Source: Ginkgo biloba
Lineage: Eukaryota > Plantae > Ginkgophyta
Direction: 5' to 3'
NCBI GenBank assembly: GCA_024626585.2
Contig: JANKJI020000002.1
Coordinates: 14,144,771-14,168,562, forward strand
DNA length: 23,792 bases
Under the pieces are notes generated by a model that was not told the DNA's origin, searched no databases, and was given only the letters and a program-made list of their open reading frames with translations. A program made the translations under genes and the position numbers. This document shows positions 1-11,500 of the stretch, piece by piece (the first letter of the stretch is position 1; each line of letters starts with the position of its first letter).

Positions 1-2
1 TT

Positions 3-390
3 AATTAGGTTATTATTTAAGAACATGATCATTTTCATATGGTTTTGGAAGGTAGGTTGCTAAAATTTGATGTCTTAAATTTATGAATTGAAATGGGATA
101 AAATTACTTGAATAAAAAAATTCTTTTGGTCATTTTTTTTCAATCTCTAATGCATTGCCACATTTAAAGTTAAATTTTGAATTTTCCTTCGACCGTTACA
201 CATGTAATTGACCAAGGTGAAATCTCTTATTTATGGAATATGTTTAGATTCATAAATCCTTTATCGTTTGTTATGACTTTTAACCAACATAAGTATCAAT
301 TAGGTTATTATTTAAGGAAGTGATCAATAACATTTGGTGTTGTATGGTAGTTTGTTGAAAATTGATGTCTTGAGTCTATAAATTGAAATA
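3..390. repeat. Degenerate direct repeat, about 93 bp copies at about 3-95 and 298-390 (spacing 295)
   Basis: aattaggttattatttaag..tgatca..ggtag.ttg..aaa.ttgatgtctt..aattgaaat occurs twice. Confidence 0.75.
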
Positions 391-3300
391 TATCAATGTC
401 AATGTATAATGAAGCTTTAGTATGGACTCACTCAAGTGGGCTACACTCGATGTAATGATATTCTTGGCGAGAAAAATGTGTTGAAAGAAGTAGTTATTCG
501 ATAGAGTTTGTATTGAATGTTTATTCTATTTGTTGTTTTAACTATTGTTTTTTTATTCAAGCTATATTTATTAATATTCACAAGCTTTTATGGTGTAATC
601 CAAAAGGAAAGAATTATTTTACTGTCCACAAATGACCAANNNNNNNNNNNNNNNNNNNNNNNNNNNNNNNNNNNNNNNNNNNTGGTAAATGTGAAAAGGA
701 AGTGCATAATGCACTCTAGCCTACATAAATAAGAATATAAAGAGACAAAGAAACACACATATATGAAATTGTAGAAGACAAAAAAATCTATGAGATACAA
801 TAATAAGGTCTTGAAAAAGTAGCGTATTTGTAGAATGCAAGGTACTATTGTTTCCCTAGACTTGTCTACCACCTTGTGGTGTACAAAGACAAAAAATACT
901 ATAATTAAGGGTCATCATGAGGCATTGTCTACATGAATTATTATAATTTGGTCGAAACTTGTGTTGATTGAAGCTTATATATATATTATAGGATTTCTTT
1001 CTCTCATTATGTAATTGATTTTTTATCATATTTGTAACCTTTATGTATTAGCCCAAGACGCGGGAATTGTCTTGCGCCAAGTAATGCTATGTTGTCTCTC
1101 CCTGATTGTGTTAGCCTAGTTATCATTCCCTGCGCTTGAAAATGTATTCCAAAGTTGTGTAATCGCCATGTTTGATGACTATGCTTATTTGACTTGCCAT
1201 TAAAAGCTCCTTGTCAAACAATTCCTTGCACTGTTGGGATGAGAGTTTATTTATTCTCCTTGTTTGTGTTTTAATAAACAAGTGGTTTTAGCCCTAGTTC
1301 TTGTGAGGAATTCATGTGACTGGGATGAGTTGTTCATGTTGGAGATGAATTATTTCAATTATCTATTTTTCGGTTGAAAGTTCCTTAATTACTTTTTTTT
1401 TGAATAAAAGGGTAAAGGCTTTTTGAAGAAATTTTTGAGATGGAAGCAAAGGGAGGGGAAGGATGCAGGTAATTGACAGCGAGATGGTGTTTTAGAATGC
1501 CACAGGTCTTATTCTTTTCATGCGGAACTGTTAGCCATTCTGCAACTTTCTAATATACCCATTTTTTTCTTTTTTCACGAGCTGCTCCACATTGCTCTGC
1601 CCATAGCAATCCTCTGGATTTATTCTCATTCATGGATATTCATTAATTTTTGCTTGGGTTTTATTCAAGTTATTAGAATCTCTGCTTTACTTGCCCTTAA
1701 TCGGGTCTCAGGAAATCGCTTAAACCTTGCGCCACTTTTGGTTTTATAGTCTTCATAGTCTACCAAATGACGCTTTGTTTTTTTATCCCTAAATTTTCTA
1801 TGTCGGAGGTCTTATAATCCTTTTCGGTTATCCATAACCCTACATGTGATTCCTCAAAGTTGTCCTTAAGAAGTTTCGATTGACATTTGGAGCGCAGACT
1901 GTTCTGCCTACCTGTGACTCTTTTAGCACTTTGCAGATTTCTTATGCTCTCTTTGGGATGGAATAGTCGCCAAGCATATTTCAATACTCTGATGGAAGAT
2001 TTTCTATCTTTAGTCAATGAAGAGCAAAGAAGATCAAGTGCTACATACATCCTTATTCCCCAATGGGTAGCAGGTCCATAATTTTTTCTAAGTTTTTCTA
2101 AGGTTCATTTTTTATTTATTAAAAGGGGAAAGTAAGTGATTAATGATCAATCCTATACTCGTTTCATATGACCTTTGTGAATAGGGGGCTAAAATGTGTG
2201 AAGATAAATCAAAGCCATATGGATTTTGGTTTCTTCATTCTTTTCATATAACCATGGTATGGTGTTAATGAGTGTTTAATGGTTTTGGAGGTTACACACT
2301 ATCTTGTGGTTTTATTTTTTCCTTTGGTCATTTTCCTTTTCATTCCATATAATAACATTATTGTCACTTCCTTTGCATTCACACCATTATCCTTGTTTGG
2401 CCGAAACATATCTATCAGCTAATGGGACTTCATCCTATAGTGTATAGGAGCGAGGCCAAAGCTCAACCAAGTAGCAAGATGTCAATGATGTTGAATTGAC
2501 ATATGTACTAGGCACGACTTCGAATGAAATCCATTCCTCTTTTTTAAGTTATTAGTGTATTTTAAATTTTCTTGTGTTGTGTTACTAATTAATGGTTATT
2601 ATTAGGTTAATTTGATAATTCTTTATTTCTCTTTAAGATTAAGGATATATTTTCCTATACAAGAGTATTATTTTAAATGTGACATTTTAATTTTCATTTT
2701 GTAAATGAAGAGATATTCATTTCATATCTTATTTTATGTATTTATTCTAGTCAAAACTCAAAAGTTAATTTATTTCATGGGTTGCTTCCAATTTTAGTTC
2801 ATTTGAAATCGTTTGTTTTAACTTCTATGCATCACATTTTATTTTACATAAAATATACATATATCATTTAATGTCATTAGTCAATACTTTAAATGATAAA
2901 CCAATCATTTAAAATATTCTTCACAACTAAATGCTATGAAACAAGACACATTTATGAGACACTCTAATCACCCATGAACATAATACTAGTGGAAACCCAA
3001 ACTATTATTTATTTACCTATTGAATAATTTTGGATGAGTTTAGGTAATTAAGTCTAATTCCTAGATTCCTATAGGCATATTATACACTTATTCACTATAG
3101 ACTCACCTCTTGGTGTAACTTGCCTACGTTACACTTACTCTTAACTTGGGCCTACGTCCACATGTGGACACAACCTAGGATTATAACCATACTACCTACT
3201 TCACCTCCTAATGGTGAAATCCATAATTTGACATCTTAGTCAAATTCCCTACCTTAGGGTTAATAATTGAACCATCTTAATGTTTGCATAATGTTGACTA

Positions 3301-4529
3301 AGATCTAATCCAATTCAACATAAACCAAGACAAAATTGTTATGGATAAAATCATGCTTTTAATTCTTGATAACTTTGAGTTAAACATTATTTCCTCCCCA
3401 CTAGAGTAATATTAGAAAGGATAGTATTAGAATGTGTCAAATCCATTAGATAAAATATTTTCTTGGAATATATATATCCTATAAAATCCTTAAGGACTGT
3501 CTACTAAAAAGCTAACTAAAAAATAAAGCACATAGAGATTTGAGTTTTTATGGGATAAAAGACTTTGCATACTCTTTTAAATACCAATAAGGCTTTCTTA
3601 GTTGACTTAATTCTTCTTTAAGGCTAGTTATCAGAGATAGGCTAACTAAGGTGGACCTTAAAGAGATAACTTACCCCTTATATTCCCATCTAAAGTTAGT
3701 TATACACTTATTTTGATGGTGTCCTTAGGAAAATCCAACATGGTAGTGGGTTTAGAAAATTACCAAGCCTATGTTAGCCCATCCCTTTGGTTGCTCCTAA
3801 ATCTTATAAGGGGTTTTAGGTCCTTGATCCATAACCTTTCACCAAGGATGAAATATTTCTAAGATAGAGGTTTTAGCTTAAATTGAAGAATTTTTGCATT
3901 GCTTTCTCTAATATTATTTTTAAAAATACCATCTCTTATATAATGGTTAATTAATATGTATAAATCAAGGTGCAAGTTGAGAATGTATAATTTGAGTTAA
4001 ATCATCTTATGAATCATATTGATCATTACTATTCAATGTCATAAACCACCAATAGGGTCCCCTTAAGGAGGATGATAAAGAAATGAGGAAGAGTTGTAAC
4101 AAAAGTAGGAGTTAGGGGACGGTCATAAAAGGAACTAGAGGAAAAAATCACTCTATTAGGTTTTGTAGGGGAATGCACATGAGCGCTTTGAGATGAAGAA
4201 GGAAAAAACTTCATAGTGGGGCGTTTAATTGGTATGACCATCGTAGTTATTAGATTTGATAGGCTTTAAATTCCCAACCATGGCCATTGTGGAGCCATTA
4301 GGCTCTACACAGGGTGGCGATCAGATATCCAAATGTCTTATTTCCCCTAGCAGTGTGTAGACAAAGTAGAATGGTACCTAAGCGAGCTCAAAAATTTATC
4401 CCAAAGGTTTTTCACGAGGTGAGTCCAATACTCGTGCACTGCCTGTTATTGATTTAGACTGTAATAAGGTCGATGTTGTTACTTATACTTTTACCTCTAC
4501 TACTCTGATTGGGTCTTTTATGAAAAGAC

Positions 4530-4629
4530 NNNNNNNNNNNNNNNNNNNNNNNNNNNNNNNNNNNNNNNNNNNNNNNNNNNNNNNNNNNNNNNNNNNNNNN
4601 NNNNNNNNNNNNNNNNNNNNNNNNNNNNN
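4530..4629. other. 100-N scaffold gap of probably unknown size (others at 6749-6848, 21201-21300, 22418-22517)
   Basis: Four runs of exactly 100 N, each at an abrupt change of sequence type. 100 N is the usual placeholder for unsized gaps. Confidence 0.85.
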
Positions 4630-5475
4630 GGGACCATATAGGTTGGTTTCCCTACTAGGAGCAATTTTAAGTTAGTTAGGCATGTGACGTGCAACCTGTA
4701 CTGGCAGTTATTATTTCTCCTCTCTCTCAAAGCCTTGGTTATTTTGGCCTCTCGCCAGCTTATAGCACTAGTTTTCTTAGGTCGTTGTGTCATTACGGTA
4801 GCTTCACTTGTTAAACCCTAGGTCGTCCTTAAGTTTCATTGTAAGTTGTGAATTCATGTTCCNNNNNNNNNNNNNNNNNNNNNNNNNTTATCCTATGTTG
4901 TACTTAGGTCCCATAGGTATTGTACATATTGTCATTCGTCCAGACACCCTTCTTTTCCAATTTTGTTGCACGTTGCCAACCTTTTGTTGTCAGTTTCATT
5001 GTCAACTTTTGCAATGCTTTTTTCTTTGTGGTTTTTGTTCTTTTAGGGTTTTGTTTGTAGCTGTTTCTATTTGCGGGAAAAAGGTGTGGCAATCGTTTAT
5101 CATCTGTTCGGACTAGTTTCTGTAATTTCTAGCTGCTGTACTAATAATGAAGTGTTGCTTTACTTTCATTCCAAATCCTCAAGTTCAGTGGAAGAACACT
5201 ATTATCCTGGTCTCATTAAAAAAGGTTGGCCCCATTGCTAATGTGGACTTTTGATAAAGTCCAGAATCTTTAACCTGGAAGTTTGCAAAGTGCTTGGACG
5301 TTCATACTCAGGTTCAAGTCTCGTGAAAGCTCACTGCAGCATTATATGCCCTTTGACTATTACCGTGGCTACACGAGAATATGTATTGCTTTTGAACCCC
5401 ACGCCGGGAAATTACCTGCCTAATAAAAACATACGCTTATTTGACAGTGGGGAAACAAGCCTGTTATCATCTTTG
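4630..5475 (+). mobile_element. Possible LTR or 5' non-coding part associated with the Tat element
   Basis: Non-coding and on the same contig directly upstream of the pol fragment. Ends ...gcctgttatCA followed by tcttTGG, resembling an LTR end and PBS start. No second LTR is visible to confirm. Confidence 0.3.
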
Positions 5476-5639
5476 GGAACTCCCGTCCCGTCACATTCTA
5501 TAGGAACCCTATGCTTTGAAATCAGTAGGCTTGCAGAATTGGTTGCAGGAAAGTCTTGGTACATGATAAGAAAGTCGGGCAAAGACTTTGAATGCATGCT
5601 TGCCAGGATTGTAAATGACGGAAATTCCAATGAAAGACG

Positions 5640-6748
5640 TTGAACCTTTTGAAATATAAACATAGAGTTTGGGGGATAACTGAGGCATTCGAAATGTTTA
5701 ATATCGTCCCCCTCCCTAGGGAACAAAATAGGTTGACTGACCTCCTGGTAGCCAACTCGCTCCCCATAAGTTGCATACAATGGAGAAATTTCACCATAGA
5801 GGACGTCCCTTGCCCCACAGTTCCTGACAACATGGAAAATTTTTAGGTCTTCTCGGATGACGATCAGATTCTCCAGTTTATGATAGGCTTGGGCATGTTC
5901 GAGGCACAACACATAGATGAACCAAGAGAAGACCAGGGAGAGGCATCTCCTATGATGGAGGCAAGCCAAGAAGAAATTGAAGGGGTCATGAGACTGAAGG
6001 ACAACAGGATACCCAAGGGCATGGTTGCCTTGGAAAGGATTTTTGACTTAGACATCCCACCTGACAAGCATCAGGAGGCCAACTAGGGAGATCGCAGGAT
6101 GATTCCTCTCAACTTAGGAACTCATGATAAACCTCATAAAGTATACATTAGGGACACCTAAACCTAAGACGAACATGAAGATCTCAAGGAACTACTTTAT
6201 CACTATAAGGATGTCATAGCTTGGTCTCACTAAGACCTCAAAATATTTGACCCCTAGGTAATGACGTTTACCATCCCCCTCAAGGAAGGAAGCCGACCCC
6301 ATCAACAGAGGTAGAGGTTGGTCAACCCAGTCCTAGAGCTGATCATCCACCAGGAATTTTGTAAACTGTTGACTGCCCAGATCATCTTCCCTATAAGACA
6401 TTCAACCTTGGTGGCAAATTTAGTCCCGATAAGAAAGAAAAGCAGAGAAATTAGGCTATGTGTGGACTTTAGAAATCTTAACAAGGCATCTGAAAAAGAT
6501 AATTACCCATTTCCTTCCTTGGATGAAGTGTTACAAATGGTTAGTGGGTCAGAAATGATGTCCTCCTTGGACAAATTCTCAGGATACAACCAGGTCTTAG
6601 TGGATCATCGAGATAGGATGAAAATGGATTTCATAATAAAATGGGGAACATTCACATATAAGAAGATGTTGTTCAGACTAATAAAAGTAGGGGCTACCTT
6701 TCAAAGGGCCATGGACATCGCCTTTTAAGGCCTGGCTAGTAAATATAT
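5640..6748 (+). pseudogene. Decayed pol of a Ty3/gypsy Tat-clade LTR retrotransposon: C-terminus of additional (archaeal-type) RNase H, linker, N-terminal half of reverse transcriptase
   Basis: ORF-track pieces 5640, 5880 and 6318 share one frame, broken by 8 stops. Motifs: YKHRVW...FEMFNIVPLPREQNRLTDLL (aRH end), IPKGMVALERIFD, LNLGT..KP.KVYI, YKDVIAWS, LVPIRKKSREIRLCVDFRNLNKASEKDNYP, LDKFSGYNQV, GATFQRAMDIAF. It runs into a 100-N gap just before the YxDD. Confidence 0.9.
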
Positions 6749-7779
6749 NNNNNNNNNNNNNNNNNNNNNNNNNNNNNNNNNNNNNNNNNNNNNNNNNNNN
6801 NNNNNNNNNNNNNNNNNNNNNNNNNNNNNNNNNNNNNNNNNNNNNNNNCAAGGATAGTTTCATCTGTTTTAGGGCATGGTATATATATGTTCCTCCAGGT
6901 TTATTGCTGCAGTTCCTGTAATAGTTTTCGAAACTCCTATGAAGTCTCTGCATTTACCCAGTTCTTTAAATCTGGATTAAGTAACTAATGGTATTCCACC
7001 TCTTTTTCTAAAATTCGAGTTCCATGGAGCATTCGTCATGTTGATGTCCTTCATAAGACAGGCCTTGCTGCTAATCTGCCCAATTCCCAGTGGTTCCTTA
7101 GATTTTTGTGGAGTTTGTAAGGAACGCTTCTAGCTTCTCATTCCAGGTTGGGAAATGGTTTGTTATTATATTACTTTCTTCAATGGCATAGGCCTTACTG
7201 TCAATTGAATAGGGTGGCGGCCGGCCTGATCAAGAAGAACCCATTGGGATATGGCCCCGTGGCTGGTCAAACTAGAGGTACATCTTGTCAACCAGCTAAC
7301 CTCTCCCAGCTCAGCTTGAACCCCGTGTAGGATTGACTATGCTGGCACATTGGTTGCATTGCTCTCAACGGGCAAGGTAAACACCTGGATTTATCTGCCA
7401 GAGGGAAGTGGGTTGTCATTTTATGGGAGGATCCTCCTAGTTCCCTAAATTCCTTTATCCTGAAGACTATTTCTAACATGTTCCATTTAATGGCATCAAG
7501 TAAAATATTAATTGATCACATTTCTTTTCAAATCCTTTTTGGCTGTTTGAATGCTACACGTGTGAAACTTTATAAGATCTAGAAATATTTTCAGATGGAA
7601 TTGTTTCCTTTGTGGTTTTCTAGTTTTATAAACTGCTAGGGCATGCTTCTCATATATTGTCTAATGAAATTTGAATTTTATTGAGTTCTTCAATAAATTG
7701 TTATAGTTAAATGTTTTCTTTAACAAGCTTATTTAATTGTGTTTCATTTTTCAGAGTCAGGTCTCATCTTTGTTTCCTC

Positions 7780-8505
7780 ATGGATGCTCCATTTCCTATT
7801 ACTCCTGCAAAACGATCCTACGACTGGGACCGTCCAGAAGCCAATGGGAGAGACAAGCGGCGTGCTCCTGCATCATCTCGTGGCCCCCCACCTCCTATGA
7901 AGATTGCTCCAGATGAAACCATTTTCCGTATTCTTTGTACTGCATCAAAGACTGGGGGTGTGATTGGCAAGGGGGGCAGCATTATAAAGCAAATAAGGCA
8001 AGAGACAGGTTCAAAGATCAGAATTGAAGAGGGTGTCCCTGGCTGTGATGAGAGAGTTATCCTTATTGCAGCTCCAGAAAAGGAGAGAAAAGGAAGCAAG
8101 GATCAAAATACAGGAAATGATGGCAATGGACAGGTGAAAGATACAGCTGATGAAAGTAGTGGTGGGAAGGGGCAAGATGAAGCTGAACAGGATGAGAAAA
8201 AGGGAATTGGAAGTGAAAAGGACACTGGAAGAGATAAAACTACTTCTCCAGCTCAGGAGGCACTGCTCCGAGTTCATGAGAGAATACTGGAGGGAGAATT
8301 GGACAAAAAGTCTGAGGAGGAAGCTGATAAGAGGTCAACCCAGACTGTCGCTAGATTACTCGTTCCAACCAATCAAGTTGGATGTGTGCTTGGTAAAGGT
8401 GGGAAGATTATTCAGCAAATCCGTTCAGAAAGTGGAGCTCAGATTCGTGTTCTTTCGAGAGATCAACTTCCTGGATGTGCCTTGTCTACTGATGAAGTGG
8501 TGCAG
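7780..8505 (+). CDS. KH gene coding exon 1 (MDAPFPITPAKR...; KH1, acidic/charged insert, most of KH2)
   Basis: Acceptor tttcatttttcag ends at 7754, so the ORF-track start 7711 is intronic. ATG at 7780. Encodes FRILCTASKTGGVIGKGG and RLLVPTNQVGCVLGKGG. Donor CAG|GTATGA at 8506. 726 nt, phase 0. Confidence 0.93.
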
Positions 8506-11500
8506 GTATGAGAAGTATCCTGTTNNNNNNNNNNNNNNNNNNNNNNNNNNNNNNNNNNNNTGTGGTTGAATCTTGTGTTTTATTCAGGAGAACAAGGCTT
8601 TGATGTGGTCTTCTTTATAGCTAACTGTTTACAAGGAATTGTGGTCTGCTTTCTGATTGTTATTTATAATGTTAACTGTAGAATTTTTTTCTTTTTTATT
8701 GTTATTAGTACTGATTAGTTGGCATGGAAAAGTGCATCAAAAGTTTTTTTTTTCGGTGTGTGTGTGAAACTGGCAAGTGTTTTGTTTNNNNNNNNNNNNN
8801 NNNNNNNNNNNNNNNNTGTCTATGAATTTTTTTTGCTTGCTTTACAAGTTGAATATTGACTTTGTACAAAGTTGCTTTAGTTAGTTTTACTTTATTGGGT
8901 TTTACCATAACACGAGGTATCCTGTTTTCTTTTCATTTTTGTGGCATGTTTTTGCTGGTTGCCTTAAAACATACATGTGTGCAAATTTTTAGCGTTTTGT
9001 TCCATGTCCTCAATTTCTGGTTGCAGTTGTATCCTCAGTTTCTGGGTTGTTTTGATTTTGAATGGTTTGTCATGACCATATGGGTATGCTACTCTATGAG
9101 TTGATAATAGTCTTGGTTTGAAGCTAGAAATCTGTCACTGCATGGGTCAACTCTGTAGTAACACTGACAACTTGAATTATTAAGTTGTGTACTGTTGGGT
9201 TGAAAAACAGTGTAGAGATTAGGTGTTTTTGTACACTAGGCATATCTGCTACAAACATCTTAGGNNNNNNNNNNNNNNNNNNNNNNNNNNNNNNNNNNNN
9301 NNNNNNNNNNNNNNNNNNNNNNNNNNNNNNNNNNNNNNNNNNNNNNNNNNNNNNNNNNNNNNNNNNNNNNNNNNNNNNNNNNNNNNNNNNNNNNNNNNNN
9401 NNNNNNNNNNNNNNNNNNNNNNNNNNNNNNNNNNNNNNNNNNNNNNNNNNNNNNNNNNNNNNNNNNNNNNNNNNNNNNNNNNNNNNNNNNNNNNNNNNNN
9501 NNNNNNNNNNNNNNNNNNNNNNNNNNNNNNNNNNNNNNNNNNNNNNNNNNNNNNNNNNNNNNNNNNNNNNNNNNNNNNNNNNNNNNNNNNNNNNNNNNNN
9601 NNNNNNNNNNNNNNNNNNNNNNNNACTAAAGTAGTAACATAGGAAAATTTGATAAAAGCATTGGCGATATAAATTTTATTTAAAGCTTTTAGTCTTTTGT
9701 GATATATTTTGCTGTCATATTCCATCCTCCAATGCACCTGTGAAGCAGATACAATTTTATGCAAAATATGTTTTGTGGTGACTACACTTCTAACAAATGC
9801 TATTTCTTAAAATTATTGATCAATTATAAAGGCCAGTTGAAGGTTTTTATGATTTTTATTTTATTACAATGCGAAGGGTTTCTATAATATTCTTGCAGTA
9901 GTTTGTACTTTGGTTTTAATTATTCTTGCTGTTGTTTGCAGATCATGGGAGATGTATCGGCTGTCAAGAAAGCTCTTTATGCTGTTTCTGATCGCCTTCG
10001 TGAAAACCCGCCTCGTGATCGAGATCAAGTGCCTACTTCTCGCCCTGGGCCTCATCCTCTTCCACATGGAGATCTATATCCTCCCCGAAAGAATTCGTCA
10101 TTAATGCAAGGGGCCCCATTTGCTGGTGTTGGCTCTGGGGGCAGTTTTGACTATCATTCAAGAGGGCCTTCATCAGTTTCTGTGTCACATGAAACTGGTA
10201 ATATGAGTCAGAGAAAGCCTTTTCATGAAGAGCTTTCATTCCGATTGTTGTGTTCAAATGAAAAGGTTGGAGGTATCATTGGAAAAGGAGGTAGTATTAT
10301 TCGAGGTCTTCAAAGTGATACAGGTGCTGAAATTAAGATTGCAGAGGCTGTGCCTGATGAAGATGAACGGGTTGTTGTTATATCGGCATTTGCGGTGAGA
10401 CATTTATGGCATAGCTATTCATCTCCCCATATCAGGGCTAGAATGACTACTTGCTTCTTAGTAAGATTCCTATTATGGAATCATGATGTTAAGATATAAA
10501 TTGTTATTATAAAATTTAAGTCTGCTTCTAATTGATTGTGAAAACCATTTTTATTTTTGCCTCATTTTATTTGGTGCACTTTGACTTTTGCTGTGGCATT
10601 TAAATGAGTTATTACATTTTTCATTCCTTTGTTGAATTTTCTGAAGCTTCCCTTTATTAATTGTTTTTCCAAATTTTCAAATAATTGTTTGACACCTTGG
10701 ACGTTTTAATTGGCTCAGCATCCAGAAGCTAGAATTTCTCCCTCCCAAGATGCTGTTCTCCGTGTTCATAGTAGGATTCTTGATTCAGGTCCAGACAAGG
10801 ATAAAAATTCTACTGCTAGACTTCTTGTACCCTCGAATCAGATTGGGTGTTTGCTTGGAAAAGGTGGCACAATAATTGCAGAAATGAGAAAAGCAACTGG
10901 TGCAAATATACGCATTTTTGGAAAGGACCAACTGCCCAAATGTGCTTCACCAAACGATGAAGTGGTGCAGGTGTGACTGCTACACTAATCTTTGATACAT
11001 TACTTTTTTGCATGCCAATTAAAATATAGGGAAGCCCTTTTTTCCGAGTAATTGAAAGGCTTCATGTGAGAGCTGTCCCCTTTTTTGAGGTATTGGTGCA
11101 CGCAACATCTTAAGCATTTGAGGATTTTGAATGGTAGGTTACAAACCTTCGCTCTTGTTTCAGGTAACTGGTCAGCTGGTGGCAGTTCAAGATGCACTTA
11201 TTCAAATAACTTCAAGGCTGCGTGACAACTTATTTCAAGATAAGCCTGGCTCAGTTGCTGGTGTTGGGATATATCCATCATCTTTACCTGAGCGCCCAGT
11301 AGTCCCATACAGAGGAAGACATGAGCCTGGTTCCCCTCCTGGAATGTATTCTCATATGGGAGGGTCACTGCATGATGTTGATCGATCAGGAGGACTTTCT
11401 CATGATGTTGATCGTCCAGGATTTGCACACAACATTCATCGACCGGGTGGAATGCCTCTCAAGATTGATCAACCTCCATCTCCAGGACCATGGGCGGTGC

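Noticed and set aside
1030-4529. Possible further TE remnants and small ORFs (1760-2081, 4029-4241)
   Set aside because: Probably decayed repeats, but I could not recover any diagnostic protein motif or element boundary.
5412-5969. 185-aa minus-strand ORF
   Set aside because: Antisense shadow of the retrotransposon pol frame, with no recognisable motif.
5251-6748. Idea that the RT fragment plus nearby repeats form a novel RT-based system linked to the KH gene
   Set aside because: The RT is a standard Ty3/gypsy Tat-clade enzyme with many stops, and it is separated from the gene by an unsized gap.
7711-7779. ORF-track N-terminal extension MFSLTSLFNCVSFFRVRSHLCFL
   Set aside because: It spans a T-rich polypyrimidine tract and acceptor AG at 7754, so it is intron plus 5'UTR. 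ATG 7780 gives a family-like start.
7818-8569. Alternative-frame and antisense ORFs overlapping exon 1
   Set aside because: Expected by-products of a purine-rich coding exon, with no independent support.
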